NCBI GenBank assembly: GCA_965214405.1
Contig: OZ243956.1
Coordinates: 288,001-352,000, forward strand
Direction: 5' to 3'
DNA from: Trueperaceae bacterium
Lineage (GTDB): Bacteria > Deinococcota > Deinococci > Deinococcales > Trueperaceae
Length of the DNA stretch: 64,000 nt
In this document: piece by piece, positions 40,355 through 49,771 of the stretch
Position numbering within the stretch: position 1 is the stretch's first letter
Layout: every line of letters begins with the position of its first letter
The notes under the pieces: model-generated
Databases searched by the model: none
Seen by the model: only the letters and a program-made list of their open reading frames with translations
What the model was told of the DNA's origin: nothing
Position numbers and translations under genes: made by a program

Positions 40355-42130
40355 CTACTGCTCAATAAAGTAAAGCGGCACCGGGTTGTAACCGGGGATG
40401 ACGCCCAGGCTGTAGACGAAGTTTTGGACGCGGTTGTAAACAGCCGCCGCGTTGGAACCCTTCGCAATCATGATGACGGGCACGTTCTCGGCGTTGAGGC
40501 GCTGCCACTCCTCATAGAGTTCAACGCGTTGCGCCTGGTCGGTGAGTTTGGAAGCCTCATCGAAGATGTCGTAGATGCGGCGTTCCCAATCGCTCATCAC
40601 TTCGAAATTGGGCTGCGTCTCGCCCTCGGCGGCTTGGGTGGCGCGGTGCCAGTAGTAGAGCGAGCCGCCGGGCTGCCAGATGGGCGTGCGGAGTTCGGGG
40701 TCGGGCTGGTTGCCAAAGGCGACCAAGATGGCGTCGAAGTCGCCGCCCAAGGCGGTGGAAAAGAGCGAACTGCCCTGAACGCCCTGCAAGTTGACCCGGA
40801 CGCCCGCCTGCGCGAAGTCGTTCTGGAGGATGGTGGCAATGTCGGTAAAGATGGTCGAGTCGGCGTTGTAGGTGAGGGTGAACTCGAGCGGCTCCCCGTT
40901 CGGCAGGTTGCGCACCCCGTCCCCGTCGGTGTCGGTGTAGCCAAGCGCGTCGAGCCCGGCGTTGGCCTGGGTGAGGTCGAACATGTTCATCAGTTCGGTG
41001 GTGTCGGTGTAAAAGGTTCCGTCGGCGGGCGCGGTCGGCGTGCCGGGGAGGGTGGCGAGACCGTTATACACGTCGTCGATCACGCGCTGGCGGTCAACCG
41101 CGTACTCCACCGCGCGGCGGAAGTCGGTATTCGAAAACGCCTCGGCCAACGCGGGGTTGGCGTCGTCAAAGTTAAAGGCCAAGTGGGGCGGCGAGCCAAA
41201 AAGCGCCTCGCTCGAGACCACCCGGAAGTCCGCGCCCGCGACCTCGCGGCCCTTGAGGTCGGGGAACTGCGCGCCCGAGATGTTGAGCGCGTCTAGGTTG
41301 CCTGCCAAAAACTGCGCCACTTGGTTCTCAGAGCCGCTGATGACGAGGTACTCGAGCGTATCCACATAAGGCAACTGGGTGCTGGACGCGTCCTCTTTCC
41401 AGTAGTTCTCATTCTTCTGTAGCGTCACCTTTTGACCCGCGGTGTAGTCCGTCAAGCGAAAAGGACCCGTGCCGACGACGTTACTCAGGTCGCCGTCGGT
41501 GGGCCAGGCGTTGTTGATGTCGGCAGGAGCCGCGCCGCCCTCCTGCGAGAACTCCAGCAGCTTGTGCTTGGGCATGATGAAAAAGCGCTGCCGGATTAAA
41601 AACGACGCCGACGGCGCGGGCAGGGTAAAGCGGACCGTCATGTCGTCCACCGCCTCGACCTCGACCATGCGGTCCTCGCCGTCCACGTTGACGACGAACT
41701 GCGCCGCGTCGCCCGCGAGCGCCTCGGGGTTCATGATGATTTGGGTGTAGGTGAAAACGACGTCTTCAGCGGTAAAGGGTTCGCCGTCTTGCCAGGTCAC
41801 GCCCTCACGAAGGCCAAAGGTGTAGACGGTGCCGTCGTCCGAGACTTCCCAGGACTCGGCCAAGCCGGGGATGAGTTCGTAGGTGTCTAGGTTGAACTCG
41901 AGCAGCGGGTCGAAAATCTGCTGCGACACCGTCTGCACGTTGTTGTCAATCACGCCGTAATAAAAAAATGAGGGCGGCGCGTCACCGAGCGACAAGGTCA
42001 GCGTGCCGCCCGGCTGACCGGGCTGGATGTCGAGCGCGCCGTAGTCGGGAATCGCCTCGGTTTGGGCGAACACCGTGCCCGCAAGAGACAAAAGCAGCAC
42101 GAGAACGAAAGAAGAAAACCTTTTATACAT
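40355..42130 (-). CDS. ABC substrate-binding protein, family 5
   Basis: Signal peptide; LAESWEVSDDG..YTFGLREGVTWQDGEPFTAEDVVFT; GTGPF. Confidence 0.92.
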   Translation of the reverse strand: MYKRFSSFVLVLLLSLAGTVFAQTEAIPDYGALDIQPGQPGGTLTLSLGDAPPSFFYYGVIDNNVQTVSQQIFDPLLEFNLDTYELIPGLAESWEVSDDGTVYTFGLREGVTWQDGEPFTAEDVVFTYTQIIMNPEALAGDAAQFVVNVDGEDRMVEVEAVDDMTVRFTLPAPSASFLIRQRFFIMPKHKLLEFSQEGGAAPADINNAWPTDGDLSNVVGTGPFRLTDYTAGQKVTLQKNENYWKEDASSTQLPYVDTLEYLVISGSENQVAQFLAGNLDALNISGAQFPDLKGREVAGADFRVVSSEALFGSPPHLAFNFDDANPALAEAFSNTDFRRAVEYAVDRQRVIDDVYNGLATLPGTPTAPADGTFYTDTTELMNMFDLTQANAGLDALGYTDTDGDGVRNLPNGEPLEFTLTYNADSTIFTDIATILQNDFAQAGVRVNLQGVQGSSLFSTALGGDFDAILVAFGNQPDPELRTPIWQPGGSLYYWHRATQAAEGETQPNFEVMSDWERRIYDIFDEASKLTDQAQRVELYEEWQRLNAENVPVIMIAKGSNAAAVYNRVQNFVYSLGVIPGYNPVPLYFIEQ

Positions 42131-42170
42131 GAAACCTCCTTGGTCTTACCTGATTTGGCCCTTCAGGATA

Positions 42171-42187
42171 TACCAATCCAAGACCAC
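42171..42187 (-). promoter_or_regulatory. Putative GntR (NagR/DasR-like) operator upstream of the ABC operon
   Basis: GTGGTCTTGGATTGGTA, 15/17 identical to 47774-47790. Confidence 0.6.
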
Positions 42188-42286
42188 CTGCAAGAGACGG
42201 GGCGATAGAGAGATTGGAGACTTTCTCCATTACCCCCGCTCCCCTGTTCCCCAACATCATCCGCGCCCAACGCCCAGCGGGCAAAA

Positions 42287-43300
42287 CTACGGGATGAGCA
42301 CGCGCCTCACTTGCGTCAGCGCCTCTCGCAATGAGGCCCCGTAAGCGTCCGCCGCGAAGTCGTCAACCGTCACGCGCATGTGGTGGGCGTTGGCGTGGAG
42401 AAGGCGCGACCCGCCCAGGGAGAGGGCGACGTGGCCCGGAAAAAAGAGCAGGTCGGCGGGCCGCACATCGTCAAGCCCCACCCTGTCAAGCCCCACCCTG
42501 TCAAGCCCCACCGCCCGCCCACACGCCTCTTGCTGGTCAGCGTCGCGGGGTAGCGCTAGACCGTGCGCGGCGTAGACGGTCTGCACCAGCCCCGAGCAGT
42601 CGAGCCCCCAGGCGGTGGTGCCGCCCCAGACGTAAGGGGCCTCGAGAAAACGCCCTGCAAACGCCATAATATTCTCAGGCGTCGCCCTTGCAAGCTCGCT
42701 CAAAGGACGCAGGAGAGCGCTTCGCACAAAACCCGTTTCGCTCCTTTCGCCTTGCGCCAGCCTCACCCGGCTCCACGCGTCTTCGCGCGCCCCGCCCGGT
42801 TCAGGTTCAACGTGAAGTTCTGCGCCGTAAGAAAGCTCAAAGAGGCGCGCACTTTGTGCTTTTGGCGCGGCAAACACATGACCTCTGGGGGCGGTAAAGC
42901 GGTGGGTCGGCTCGGGAGAGCTGCCCAGAGCGTCAGCATGTACCCAGCCGAGGTAACCGTCACGGCGGGTTGCCACGCGGCGAAAAGCGCCGCAGGTATC
43001 GAAAACGTTCACCGTTTCGCCGTGGAGAGCTTCGGAGACGGTTTCGGCGGTGGGCTCGGGCTGGCAGAGGAGGAAGGCTCGAGGCGCGACAACTTTTTGA
43101 GACGTGGGTGCTAAAAAATGCACCTTTAACGAAAGACGTTTTTCGGCGGCGTAGGTGCGTAGGATGGGCTCGAGCGCGACGTCCGCCACCCCCTGAAGCT
43201 GTTCATTTGAAAATCCAACCTCACAAAGCGTGGTTCTTTTGTCAGGTACGAAGGTTCTTAAAAAAGTTTGGACGGCTTCACTCGGCTCGAGTGTTTCCAC
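42287..43300 (-). CDS. NlpC/P60 (C40) peptidase with SH3-like domains, YkfC-like
   Basis: PYVWGG...GLDCSGLVQ, LPRDADQQ, GHVAL, LHAN; no signal peptide. Confidence 0.88.
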   Translation of the reverse strand: METLEPSEAVQTFLRTFVPDKRTTLCEVGFSNEQLQGVADVALEPILRTYAAEKRLSLKVHFLAPTSQKVVAPRAFLLCQPEPTAETVSEALHGETVNVFDTCGAFRRVATRRDGYLGWVHADALGSSPEPTHRFTAPRGHVFAAPKAQSARLFELSYGAELHVEPEPGGAREDAWSRVRLAQGERSETGFVRSALLRPLSELARATPENIMAFAGRFLEAPYVWGGTTAWGLDCSGLVQTVYAAHGLALPRDADQQEACGRAVGLDRVGLDRVGLDDVRPADLLFFPGHVALSLGGSRLLHANAHHMRVTVDDFAADAYGASLREALTQVRRVLIP

Positions 43301-44459
43301 TCAACACCCCTCTCGTTAGCCCCGACGATTTACCCGCCACCACCGCGCGCCGCGCGCCCGTCGCGCTGGGCAGCGTGTTGGGCAGGCCGTACGAGGCAAA
43401 ATAGCCCATTACCGCAAAGGCCAAGGCTTCGCGGTCTTTGGCGTGCCAGCCCATCTCCTCAAAGGTCTTGACGGACGCGTCCATACGCTTTCTAAGAAAG
43501 CGTATCAGCGTTGGGTTGAGCGCGCCGCCGCCCGCGACCAAAATCTCGTCCAAGGGGCGCGGGAGGACAAAATCACGGTAGGCGCGGGCGACCGACTCGG
43601 CAGTGAAAGCGGTGAGGGTGGCGAGGATGTCTGCGGGCGCGTGAGGCTCCAAGACCTCCTCAAATTCGCGCAGCGCGAACACTTCCCGACCCGTTGTTTT
43701 GGGGGGCTCGAGCCGCAGATAGGGATGGTTGAGAAGGCGCGCCAACACCTCCTCATCCACCCGACCCCTCGAGGCCAACCGCCCGCCCTCGTCAAAATCC
43801 AGACCAAAGTAACGTTTTGCAGCCTCGTCTAAAAGACAGTTCGCGGGTCCCGTGTCAAAGGCCATGACCCCCGACGGGTCGCCGTCGGCGGGCAAGTAGG
43901 TGAGGTTCGAGATACCGCCTAGATTGTGAACCGCCCGCGCGGTGCCCGCTTGCGCGTAAAGCTGAAGGTCGCCAAACGAAACCAGCGGCGCGCCTCCTCC
44001 CCCAGCGGCCATATCCGACGGGCGAAAGTCCGAGACGACGGGCACGCCGCACCGTTCGCTCACGAGGGCCGCCTCACCGAGTTGCAAGGTGCTTACGGTG
44101 TGCCAGCCTCGAGCCTCGTCCACGCGCGGGATGTGGTAAACCGTCTGACCCGACAAAGCTATCAGGTCCACCCGTCCGGTCTGCATGACCTCATGGGCAA
44201 GCTCCGCGTAGACCCCGCCCACCTCTGTGTGAAGCTGCGTGAGAAGCGTTACGTCGGATGTATCCGGTTGCAGCGCGCGCTCCAAGCGCCCGCGTAACGC
44301 AAGAGGATAGTCGAGGGAACGGCGCGCTAGCACCTCCCATAAGAGGACGCCGTCTCGGCGCTCGAGGCGCGCTAAAACCGCGTCCACCCCGTCGAGCGAG
44401 GTGCCGGACATGAGGCCTAAAATGTGCAGGGGAGGAAGGTTGAGGGCGTTATGGGTCAT
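43278..44459 (-). CDS. anmK: Anhydro-N-acetylmuramic acid kinase
   Basis: GLMSGTSLDGVD, DFR..DMAAGGGGAPLV, NLGGISN, FDTGPAN, PPKTTGRE. Confidence 0.95.
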   Translation of the reverse strand: MTHNALNLPPLHILGLMSGTSLDGVDAVLARLERRDGVLLWEVLARRSLDYPLALRGRLERALQPDTSDVTLLTQLHTEVGGVYAELAHEVMQTGRVDLIALSGQTVYHIPRVDEARGWHTVSTLQLGEAALVSERCGVPVVSDFRPSDMAAGGGGAPLVSFGDLQLYAQAGTARAVHNLGGISNLTYLPADGDPSGVMAFDTGPANCLLDEAAKRYFGLDFDEGGRLASRGRVDEEVLARLLNHPYLRLEPPKTTGREVFALREFEEVLEPHAPADILATLTAFTAESVARAYRDFVLPRPLDEILVAGGGALNPTLIRFLRKRMDASVKTFEEMGWHAKDREALAFAVMGYFASYGLPNTLPSATGARRAVVAGKSSGLTRGVLSGNTRAE

Positions 44460-44600
44460 TCGAGCTACCTGGGCTATAGAAAAGTGTTATCCACGGGTTG
44501 TCGACTCAAAGCGATAATTCTCACGAATGTTTTGACTGAGGAGCATATGACCGCATCCTAACCCACTTCACCACCCTCGAGCACCCCCCTTATTAAGCCC

Positions 44601-45926
44601 GGGTGCAACTCACGTAGTGGGGGAAGAAAAGGCGTGGTGCCTTATGGTGTCATGGGAGACGAGCGGCTGCTTGGAACAACGCCTAGCTCTAAAAGAAGCC
44701 ATGCGACCTGCGCCAGGACGCGACCACTGCATCCCCGACTGTTTCATGCGGAAGCCGATGACGCTCTTGTTGACGCCCTCGACTTGACCAGAGCCAATGG
44801 GTAAGCCACAATTTTTATAACTGGGGTAATCCATATGGTGTTGACGTTCTTGAAGATAGCGTAAAGCCGTTTGTGATGTGTCATCCCAGCTCAGCCAAAC
44901 AGCAGGGTCAGGACGATGCGTTTGTAACCAATCCGCAGCAGCAATCTCGCCGCTAAGCCAAGAGCGTCTTGTTTGGCTACGTTCGCGCTCATCCCAGCCG
45001 AGAGCTTCCATAAGGGTGTCAAGGTAAGCACTGCTGTGGTAAACGTCGATGATGTGTGGGATACCCAGATGCTCGTAAAGGTTTTTGATCCAACTCGCGC
45101 CATCGCTCAGGCCGACGACTTCATCATCTTGTCTCAGGCCTGCTTCACGCATCAGCCCCGCTACTTGGTCGGTAAACGCTGTCGCCTCACACACATCGGC
45201 TAACAGGCTGCGTTGCTGAGGTGCAGACACCGGGTGGATCACCGCGCTCTTGATCTCGATGCCGCCACAAACCCCGTCCTGAGCTTTTTCGAGCACCCGC
45301 ACCCCGTCAACTTCAATCACCACTTTCCGCCCTCGTCCTGCTAGCAACGCTGCATCTTTGGCCGTGTCCAGCAGCTCGCGCGTTTGCGCCTGACAAGCGC
45401 TGGCGTAAGGTTGGGTCAAGCGCTCCAAGCCCGCGCGACTCATGCCCGGCAACATCTCAAAGTCACGGCTGACTTCTACCGCTTTTTCATACGATAAAGC
45501 GCTACTCAAACGCATCATCACGTTCAATGCGCCCGCTGTCCAACCACTGCCGTCTAAGTTTGGGTCCAGGGCGACTTGGCAATGTCTGCCGTCTTTGTGT
45601 TCGTACCTTTGACTGGGTACGCGCACGCTCCCCCAGAAGTGCTTGACCTCAAGCTCGCCCCGTCCGTCTTTATGCCAACCCTCGCTTTTGTTCATCAGAG
45701 GGGGGAAAATCCTGGCTCTCAACCAGGTGCTGCATCAGGCGACTCATCAGGCTACTTTGTCGCTTTAGCAAGGCCGCTTCTATTTCGTTCATGCTCGCTT
45801 TCGTCCCTAGCTCCTGCTTTATCTCCGCAACAATGCTCTTGATGATGGCGTCCAGTTCTTCTACCCTTTGCTCTGCGTCTGTTGTCATCGTCCTGTTTTA
45901 TCACCCCCATTCACTGAGTTGCACCC
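44601..45926 (-). mobile_element. ISKra4-like insertion sequence, 1326 bp, copy 2 (inverted relative to copy 1)
   Basis: Same IRs, length and identical translated ORFs as 13874-15199; 9-bp duplication ATTAAGCCC at 44592-44600 and 45927-45935. Confidence 0.93.
44610..45888 (-). CDS. Transposase in two overlapping frames
   Basis: Protein identical to that of copy 1. Confidence 0.88.
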
Positions 45927-46397
45927 ATTAAGCCCCGCAGAGAGACGCATACCTCGTTCTTCCAAGGCTTTTATCTCGGCTTCCAGAGCGCGCGAAGCCA
46001 AACCGAAACGGTGGATACGCAGCAAAACGCCCAAAGTGCCTACCAAACGAAGGTTCACGCGCCGCGCGTATCTCCGGGCTTTGAGGTCGTCCAGCACCAC
46101 CCAGGTCGAAAGCTCGAGCGCCAGCGCCACAGCTTCTTCCTCTCCAGGGTCGGCGGCAAGCTCCCCTCGCACTCTCCGCAACGTTGCAAGATGGGGTATT
46201 TTATGTTCAACCCAAGGCAGATGAGGCACCCCGCTTCCAGGAGTGCCGGGCTTAACTGCGAGTTCTGACGCGACCTGTGGGGAAATGATGACGCGGTACA
46301 GACGGGGCAACATGGGCAGGTAACCCAACGAATCGAGCAAAATGAGCGGGCTTGCGTCGAAAACCGCCTCAGTCCTCCCAGGCGTGCTTGAGTTCAT
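45927..46397 (-). pseudogene. DUF3368-type PIN-domain protein with C-terminus disrupted by the IS
   Basis: VFDASPLI, DPGEEEAVALA, VVLDDLKARRYA, GTLGVL; the frame runs into the IS end. Confidence 0.8.
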
Positions 46398-46617
46398 CAG
46401 CCACATCTTCCTCGCTCAAGTTGGGGTAAGCGAGGCCGTGACCCGTGTACCAGCCAATCGCTTCCCAGCGGCTCATACCCAGTAGGCCGCCCGCCTTGCC
46501 CAAACTCATCCGACCCTCGCTCACCAGTTTCAAAAGAAGCCCTTCTAGCACCTCTCGCTCTAAATCGGGGCGGGCCGCGGCAACTACTTCCGGGGGAAGG
46601 TCTAGATGTATAGCCAT
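46369..46617 (-). CDS. UPF0175-family putative antitoxin
   Basis: EGRMSLGKAGGLLGMSRWE; RBS GAGGAG; overlaps the PIN gene. Confidence 0.82.
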   Translation of the reverse strand: MAIHLDLPPEVVAAARPDLEREVLEGLLLKLVSEGRMSLGKAGGLLGMSRWEAIGWYTGHGLAYPNLSEEDVADELKHAWED

Positions 46618-46675
46618 CGTGTGCTCCTCATGTTGATTATACGTTTGGAAGGGAGTAGAAACGGAAGAAGGCAAA

Positions 46676-47734
46676 TCAAGTTAAGGTCTTTACCACCGCC
46701 TCGTGAAACGCGACCCTAAGCGCGTGGATGTTCCTCCCCTTCTCCCTCGAGGGGTGAACCCGGTTGGTTAACAAAACCGCGAAAGAGCCCCCGACCGGGT
46801 CTATCCAAAGACTCGTGCCCGTAAAACCCGTGTGCCCAAAGGCTCGCTCGCTCGAGTAACGTCCGGCGCTCGAGTGCTCCCCTTTCAACATCCAACCTAA
46901 ACCGCGCCGCTCATTCCCGTTGGAGAAATACTCCCGCACGGCGTCTCGTAATAAATCCTCTGGCCCAAGCCGCGGGTCTAACCTCAGCCACGCCTGCGCG
47001 TAAGTCGCCAAGTCTCCCGCGGTACCAAAAAGCCCCGCGTGCCCCGCCACGCCCCCCATCGCAAAGGCGTTTTCGTCGTGGACGACACCCTGCAAGAGCC
47101 CGCCCCGCCAGCCACAATCTTCCGTAGCGGCGACGTGCTCGCCTTTTAGGGGACCGTAGCGCGTCTCGGTCATGCCGAGGGGACCAAAGATGTAGCGCTG
47201 CACAAAGGCGTCTTGCCGCTCCCCGCTCACCCGCTCGATAATCGCGCCCAGGAGGATAAAGCCCAAATCGCTGTAGGTGTAGGTGCCTGCGGGGTGCTCG
47301 AGCGGGGCCTGCAACACGTTGGCGAGCGCGGTTCGGCGGTTGTCGGTGAGGGCGAAGAGCGGCGTCCAGGCGGGCAAGCCCGAGGTGTGCGTCAGAAGCT
47401 CCCTCAGGGTGGTATCGCCGAGCGAGGGCGTCTTAAACCAGCCCGCGTTGGAAAAAAAGCGCTTGACTTTGTCGTCTAAACCGATTTCACCCTCCCCGGC
47501 GAGTTTGAGCACCGCGGGCAACGTCGCCACGACCTTGGTGAGCGAGGCCAAGTCATAAACGGTTTCGGGCGTGACGGGAACGCCCCCTTCTAAACGCGTG
47601 ACGCCGGTCGCTGCGACGCACGCCGCGTCCTCTATTGTGCCCGTAAAAGCCACCGCGCCGGGCACCTCGAGGTCCGCCACCGCCCTTTCGAGGACGGCTC
47701 GAGGGGCGTCAAAACGCGCTTCTGTGGAGGTCAT
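46676..47734 (-). CDS. Serine hydrolase, beta-lactamase fold (AmiE-like)
   Basis: YDLASLTK (SxxK), LLTHTSGL, YSD, VHDENA, GHTGFTG. Confidence 0.88.
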   Translation of the reverse strand: MTSTEARFDAPRAVLERAVADLEVPGAVAFTGTIEDAACVAATGVTRLEGGVPVTPETVYDLASLTKVVATLPAVLKLAGEGEIGLDDKVKRFFSNAGWFKTPSLGDTTLRELLTHTSGLPAWTPLFALTDNRRTALANVLQAPLEHPAGTYTYSDLGFILLGAIIERVSGERQDAFVQRYIFGPLGMTETRYGPLKGEHVAATEDCGWRGGLLQGVVHDENAFAMGGVAGHAGLFGTAGDLATYAQAWLRLDPRLGPEDLLRDAVREYFSNGNERRGLGWMLKGEHSSAGRYSSERAFGHTGFTGTSLWIDPVGGSFAVLLTNRVHPSREKGRNIHALRVAFHEAVVKTLT

Positions 47735-47773
47735 CGGGAGAATTTACCATAGATCAGGCCTGGTTTGACCTTA

Positions 47774-47790
47774 GTGGTCTAGGAATGGTA
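47774..47790 (+). promoter_or_regulatory. Putative GntR operator in the divergent promoter
   Basis: GTGGTCTAGGAATGGTA; contains the dre-like half-site GTGGTCTAG. Confidence 0.6.
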
Positions 47791-47870
47791 CGGTCTTGAC
47801 ACGTTATAGGGCAGGTTGGAAATCACGGGGTGGAGACTTGCGTGAGAGCGCGAGAGAACGGGGGCGGATC

Positions 47871-48674
47871 ATGAACGCGGTGCCTATGGAAAATGCTTTA
47901 CCCATCAGAGGGTTGCACACCCATGAGTGGCATGTTAAAACGTTGCAGGTCGACAAAACCTTGCCGACGCCCGCCTATCTCCAGCTCAGGCGGGCGCTCT
48001 GCGACGCGATCCGGGCGGGGGCGCTCGCGCCGGGCACGGCGCTCCCCTCTGAACGCGACTTGGCCGCGGCGCTCCACTTATCGCGGATGACGGTGCGGCG
48101 CGCGTTTGAAGAACTCGTGCTGGACAACCTCGTCGAGCAGCGGCAGGGCTCGGGCACCTTTGTGCTGCCGCAGCGGCTCGAGCAGACCGTCGACCGCGTG
48201 CTGGGCTTTACCGAGGAGGCGCGGTCGCTCGGCTTTCGCGCGGGTAGCAGGCTTTTGGAGGCGCTTTACACCCCCGCCGACCAAGGCGTGGCCGACGCCT
48301 TGGGGCTCTCTAAAGGAACCGCCATCTTGCGCGTTACCCGCCTGCGCACCGCCGACGGCGAGCCGCTGGCGCTCCAGACGGCGCACCTCTCGCCCCGGCT
48401 TGGCGGCTTTCCGGTGGCCGCCTTGAAACGTTCGCAAAGCCTCTACCGGACCATCACCCGGCACTACGGCATTAGGCCCCACCGCGCCCGCCAGACGGTG
48501 AGCGCGCGGCTGCCCTTCAAGAACGAATGCGAACGGTTGACCATCGGCAAAGAGGTGCCGCTTCTGGCGCTCGAGCGCACCACCTTCGACGCCGAAAACG
48601 AGCCCTTCGAGTACGTGCGCAGCGCCTACCGGAGCGACAAGTACGGGCTGGCGCTCGAGCTGCGCGCGCCTTAG
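47871..48674 (+). CDS. GntR-family regulator with UTRA domain (NagR/DasR-like)
   Basis: LPSERDLA...SRMTVRRA...QGSGTFV; C-terminal PFEYVRSAYRSD. Confidence 0.92.
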   Translation: MNAVPMENALPIRGLHTHEWHVKTLQVDKTLPTPAYLQLRRALCDAIRAGALAPGTALPSERDLAAALHLSRMTVRRAFEELVLDNLVEQRQGSGTFVLPQRLEQTVDRVLGFTEEARSLGFRAGSRLLEALYTPADQGVADALGLSKGTAILRVTRLRTADGEPLALQTAHLSPRLGGFPVAALKRSQSLYRTITRHYGIRPHRARQTVSARLPFKNECERLTIGKEVPLLALERTTFDAENEPFEYVRSAYRSDKYGLALELRAP

Positions 48675-48802
48675 TGGGTATCATCCAGTTTAGGACCCAT
48701 TCAGCTTGGGCGTTACCGTCCAAACCCTAATTTGGGAATGATGCTTGCGTTCGTAAACCCAGCGTCAACAAAAACTGCTATGTATAACGAAAAGAGAAGA
48801 GC

Positions 48803-49771
48803 GTGAGCGACGAAAGTGTAACGGAAAGCTCGACCCAAAGCACAACGGAAACCGTCGGCGCGTCCTACCGCGACCTCGACACCTGGCCGCTCTCAAAGAG
48901 TTTGGCCGCGCTCCTCGAGAGCAACCGGCGGGCGGTGGAGGCGACCGCACGGGCGCTGCCTATGTTAGAGGAGGCTGCCGCGGGCATTGAGCGTTGTTTA
49001 GGGGCGGGCGGTCGCCTTGTTTATATCGGCGCGGGCACCTCGGGGCGCTTGGCGCTTCAAGACGCCGCCGAACTGCCTCCCACCTTTGGCTTTACGCGAA
49101 CGCTGGTGCTTTTGGCGGGCGGCGCGGCGGCGGGCGGGCGCGCGCAGGAGGGGGCCGAGGACGACGGGGGGGCGGCTCGAGCCGCCGTAGACGAAGCCAA
49201 CATCTCCCCCGCCGACGCGGTGATTGGCTTGGCCGCGAGCGGGCGCACGCCCTACACCGTCGCCGGGGTAGAGCGGGCTCGAGAACGCGGCGCGTTTACG
49301 GTGGGCGTCGCCAACAACCCGGACGCGCCCCTCCTGCACGCCGCCGAGGTCGGGGTGCTTTTAGAAACCGGCCCCGAGGTGCTGGCGGGCTCGACGCGTC
49401 TCACCGCCGGAACGGCGCAAAAGGTCGCGCTGAACGCGCTCTCGACGGCGGTACTGGTAAAGCTCGGCGGGGCCTACGGCAACCTGATGGTCGGGATGCG
49501 CCCGGCGAACGATAAGCTCCGGGCGCGGGCGCGGCGCATCGTCTGTGAGGGGGCGGGCGTGTCGGAAGAAGAGGCGGCGGCGGCGCTTGGAGAAACGCAC
49601 TGGCACATCCGTGAGGCGCTTGTCACGCTGCTCGGAAGCGTCTCAGCGGAGGAGGCGCGTGAGCTTTTGAGCCGTCATCAGGGCCGCGTCCGCGAAGCCG
49701 TCGCAGCGGCTAAAAATGCAGCGCCTAAAAACGGAGCGTCTAAAAATCAGGAGGAACATGAGCCACTTTGA
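48803..49771 (+). CDS. murQ: N-acetylmuramic acid 6-phosphate etherase
   Basis: GAGTSGRL..QDAAELPPTFG, AASGRTPY, TGPEVLAGSTRLTAGTAQK. Confidence 0.94.
   Translation: MSDESVTESSTQSTTETVGASYRDLDTWPLSKSLAALLESNRRAVEATARALPMLEEAAAGIERCLGAGGRLVYIGAGTSGRLALQDAAELPPTFGFTRTLVLLAGGAAAGGRAQEGAEDDGGAARAAVDEANISPADAVIGLAASGRTPYTVAGVERARERGAFTVGVANNPDAPLLHAAEVGVLLETGPEVLAGSTRLTAGTAQKVALNALSTAVLVKLGGAYGNLMVGMRPANDKLRARARRIVCEGAGVSEEEAAAALGETHWHIREALVTLLGSVSAEEARELLSRHQGRVREAVAAAKNAAPKNGASKNQEEHEPL

Noticed and set aside
13874..45926. Composite transposon or past inversion between the IS copies
   Set aside because: Each copy has its own matched target duplication and the cargo is core chromosomal genes
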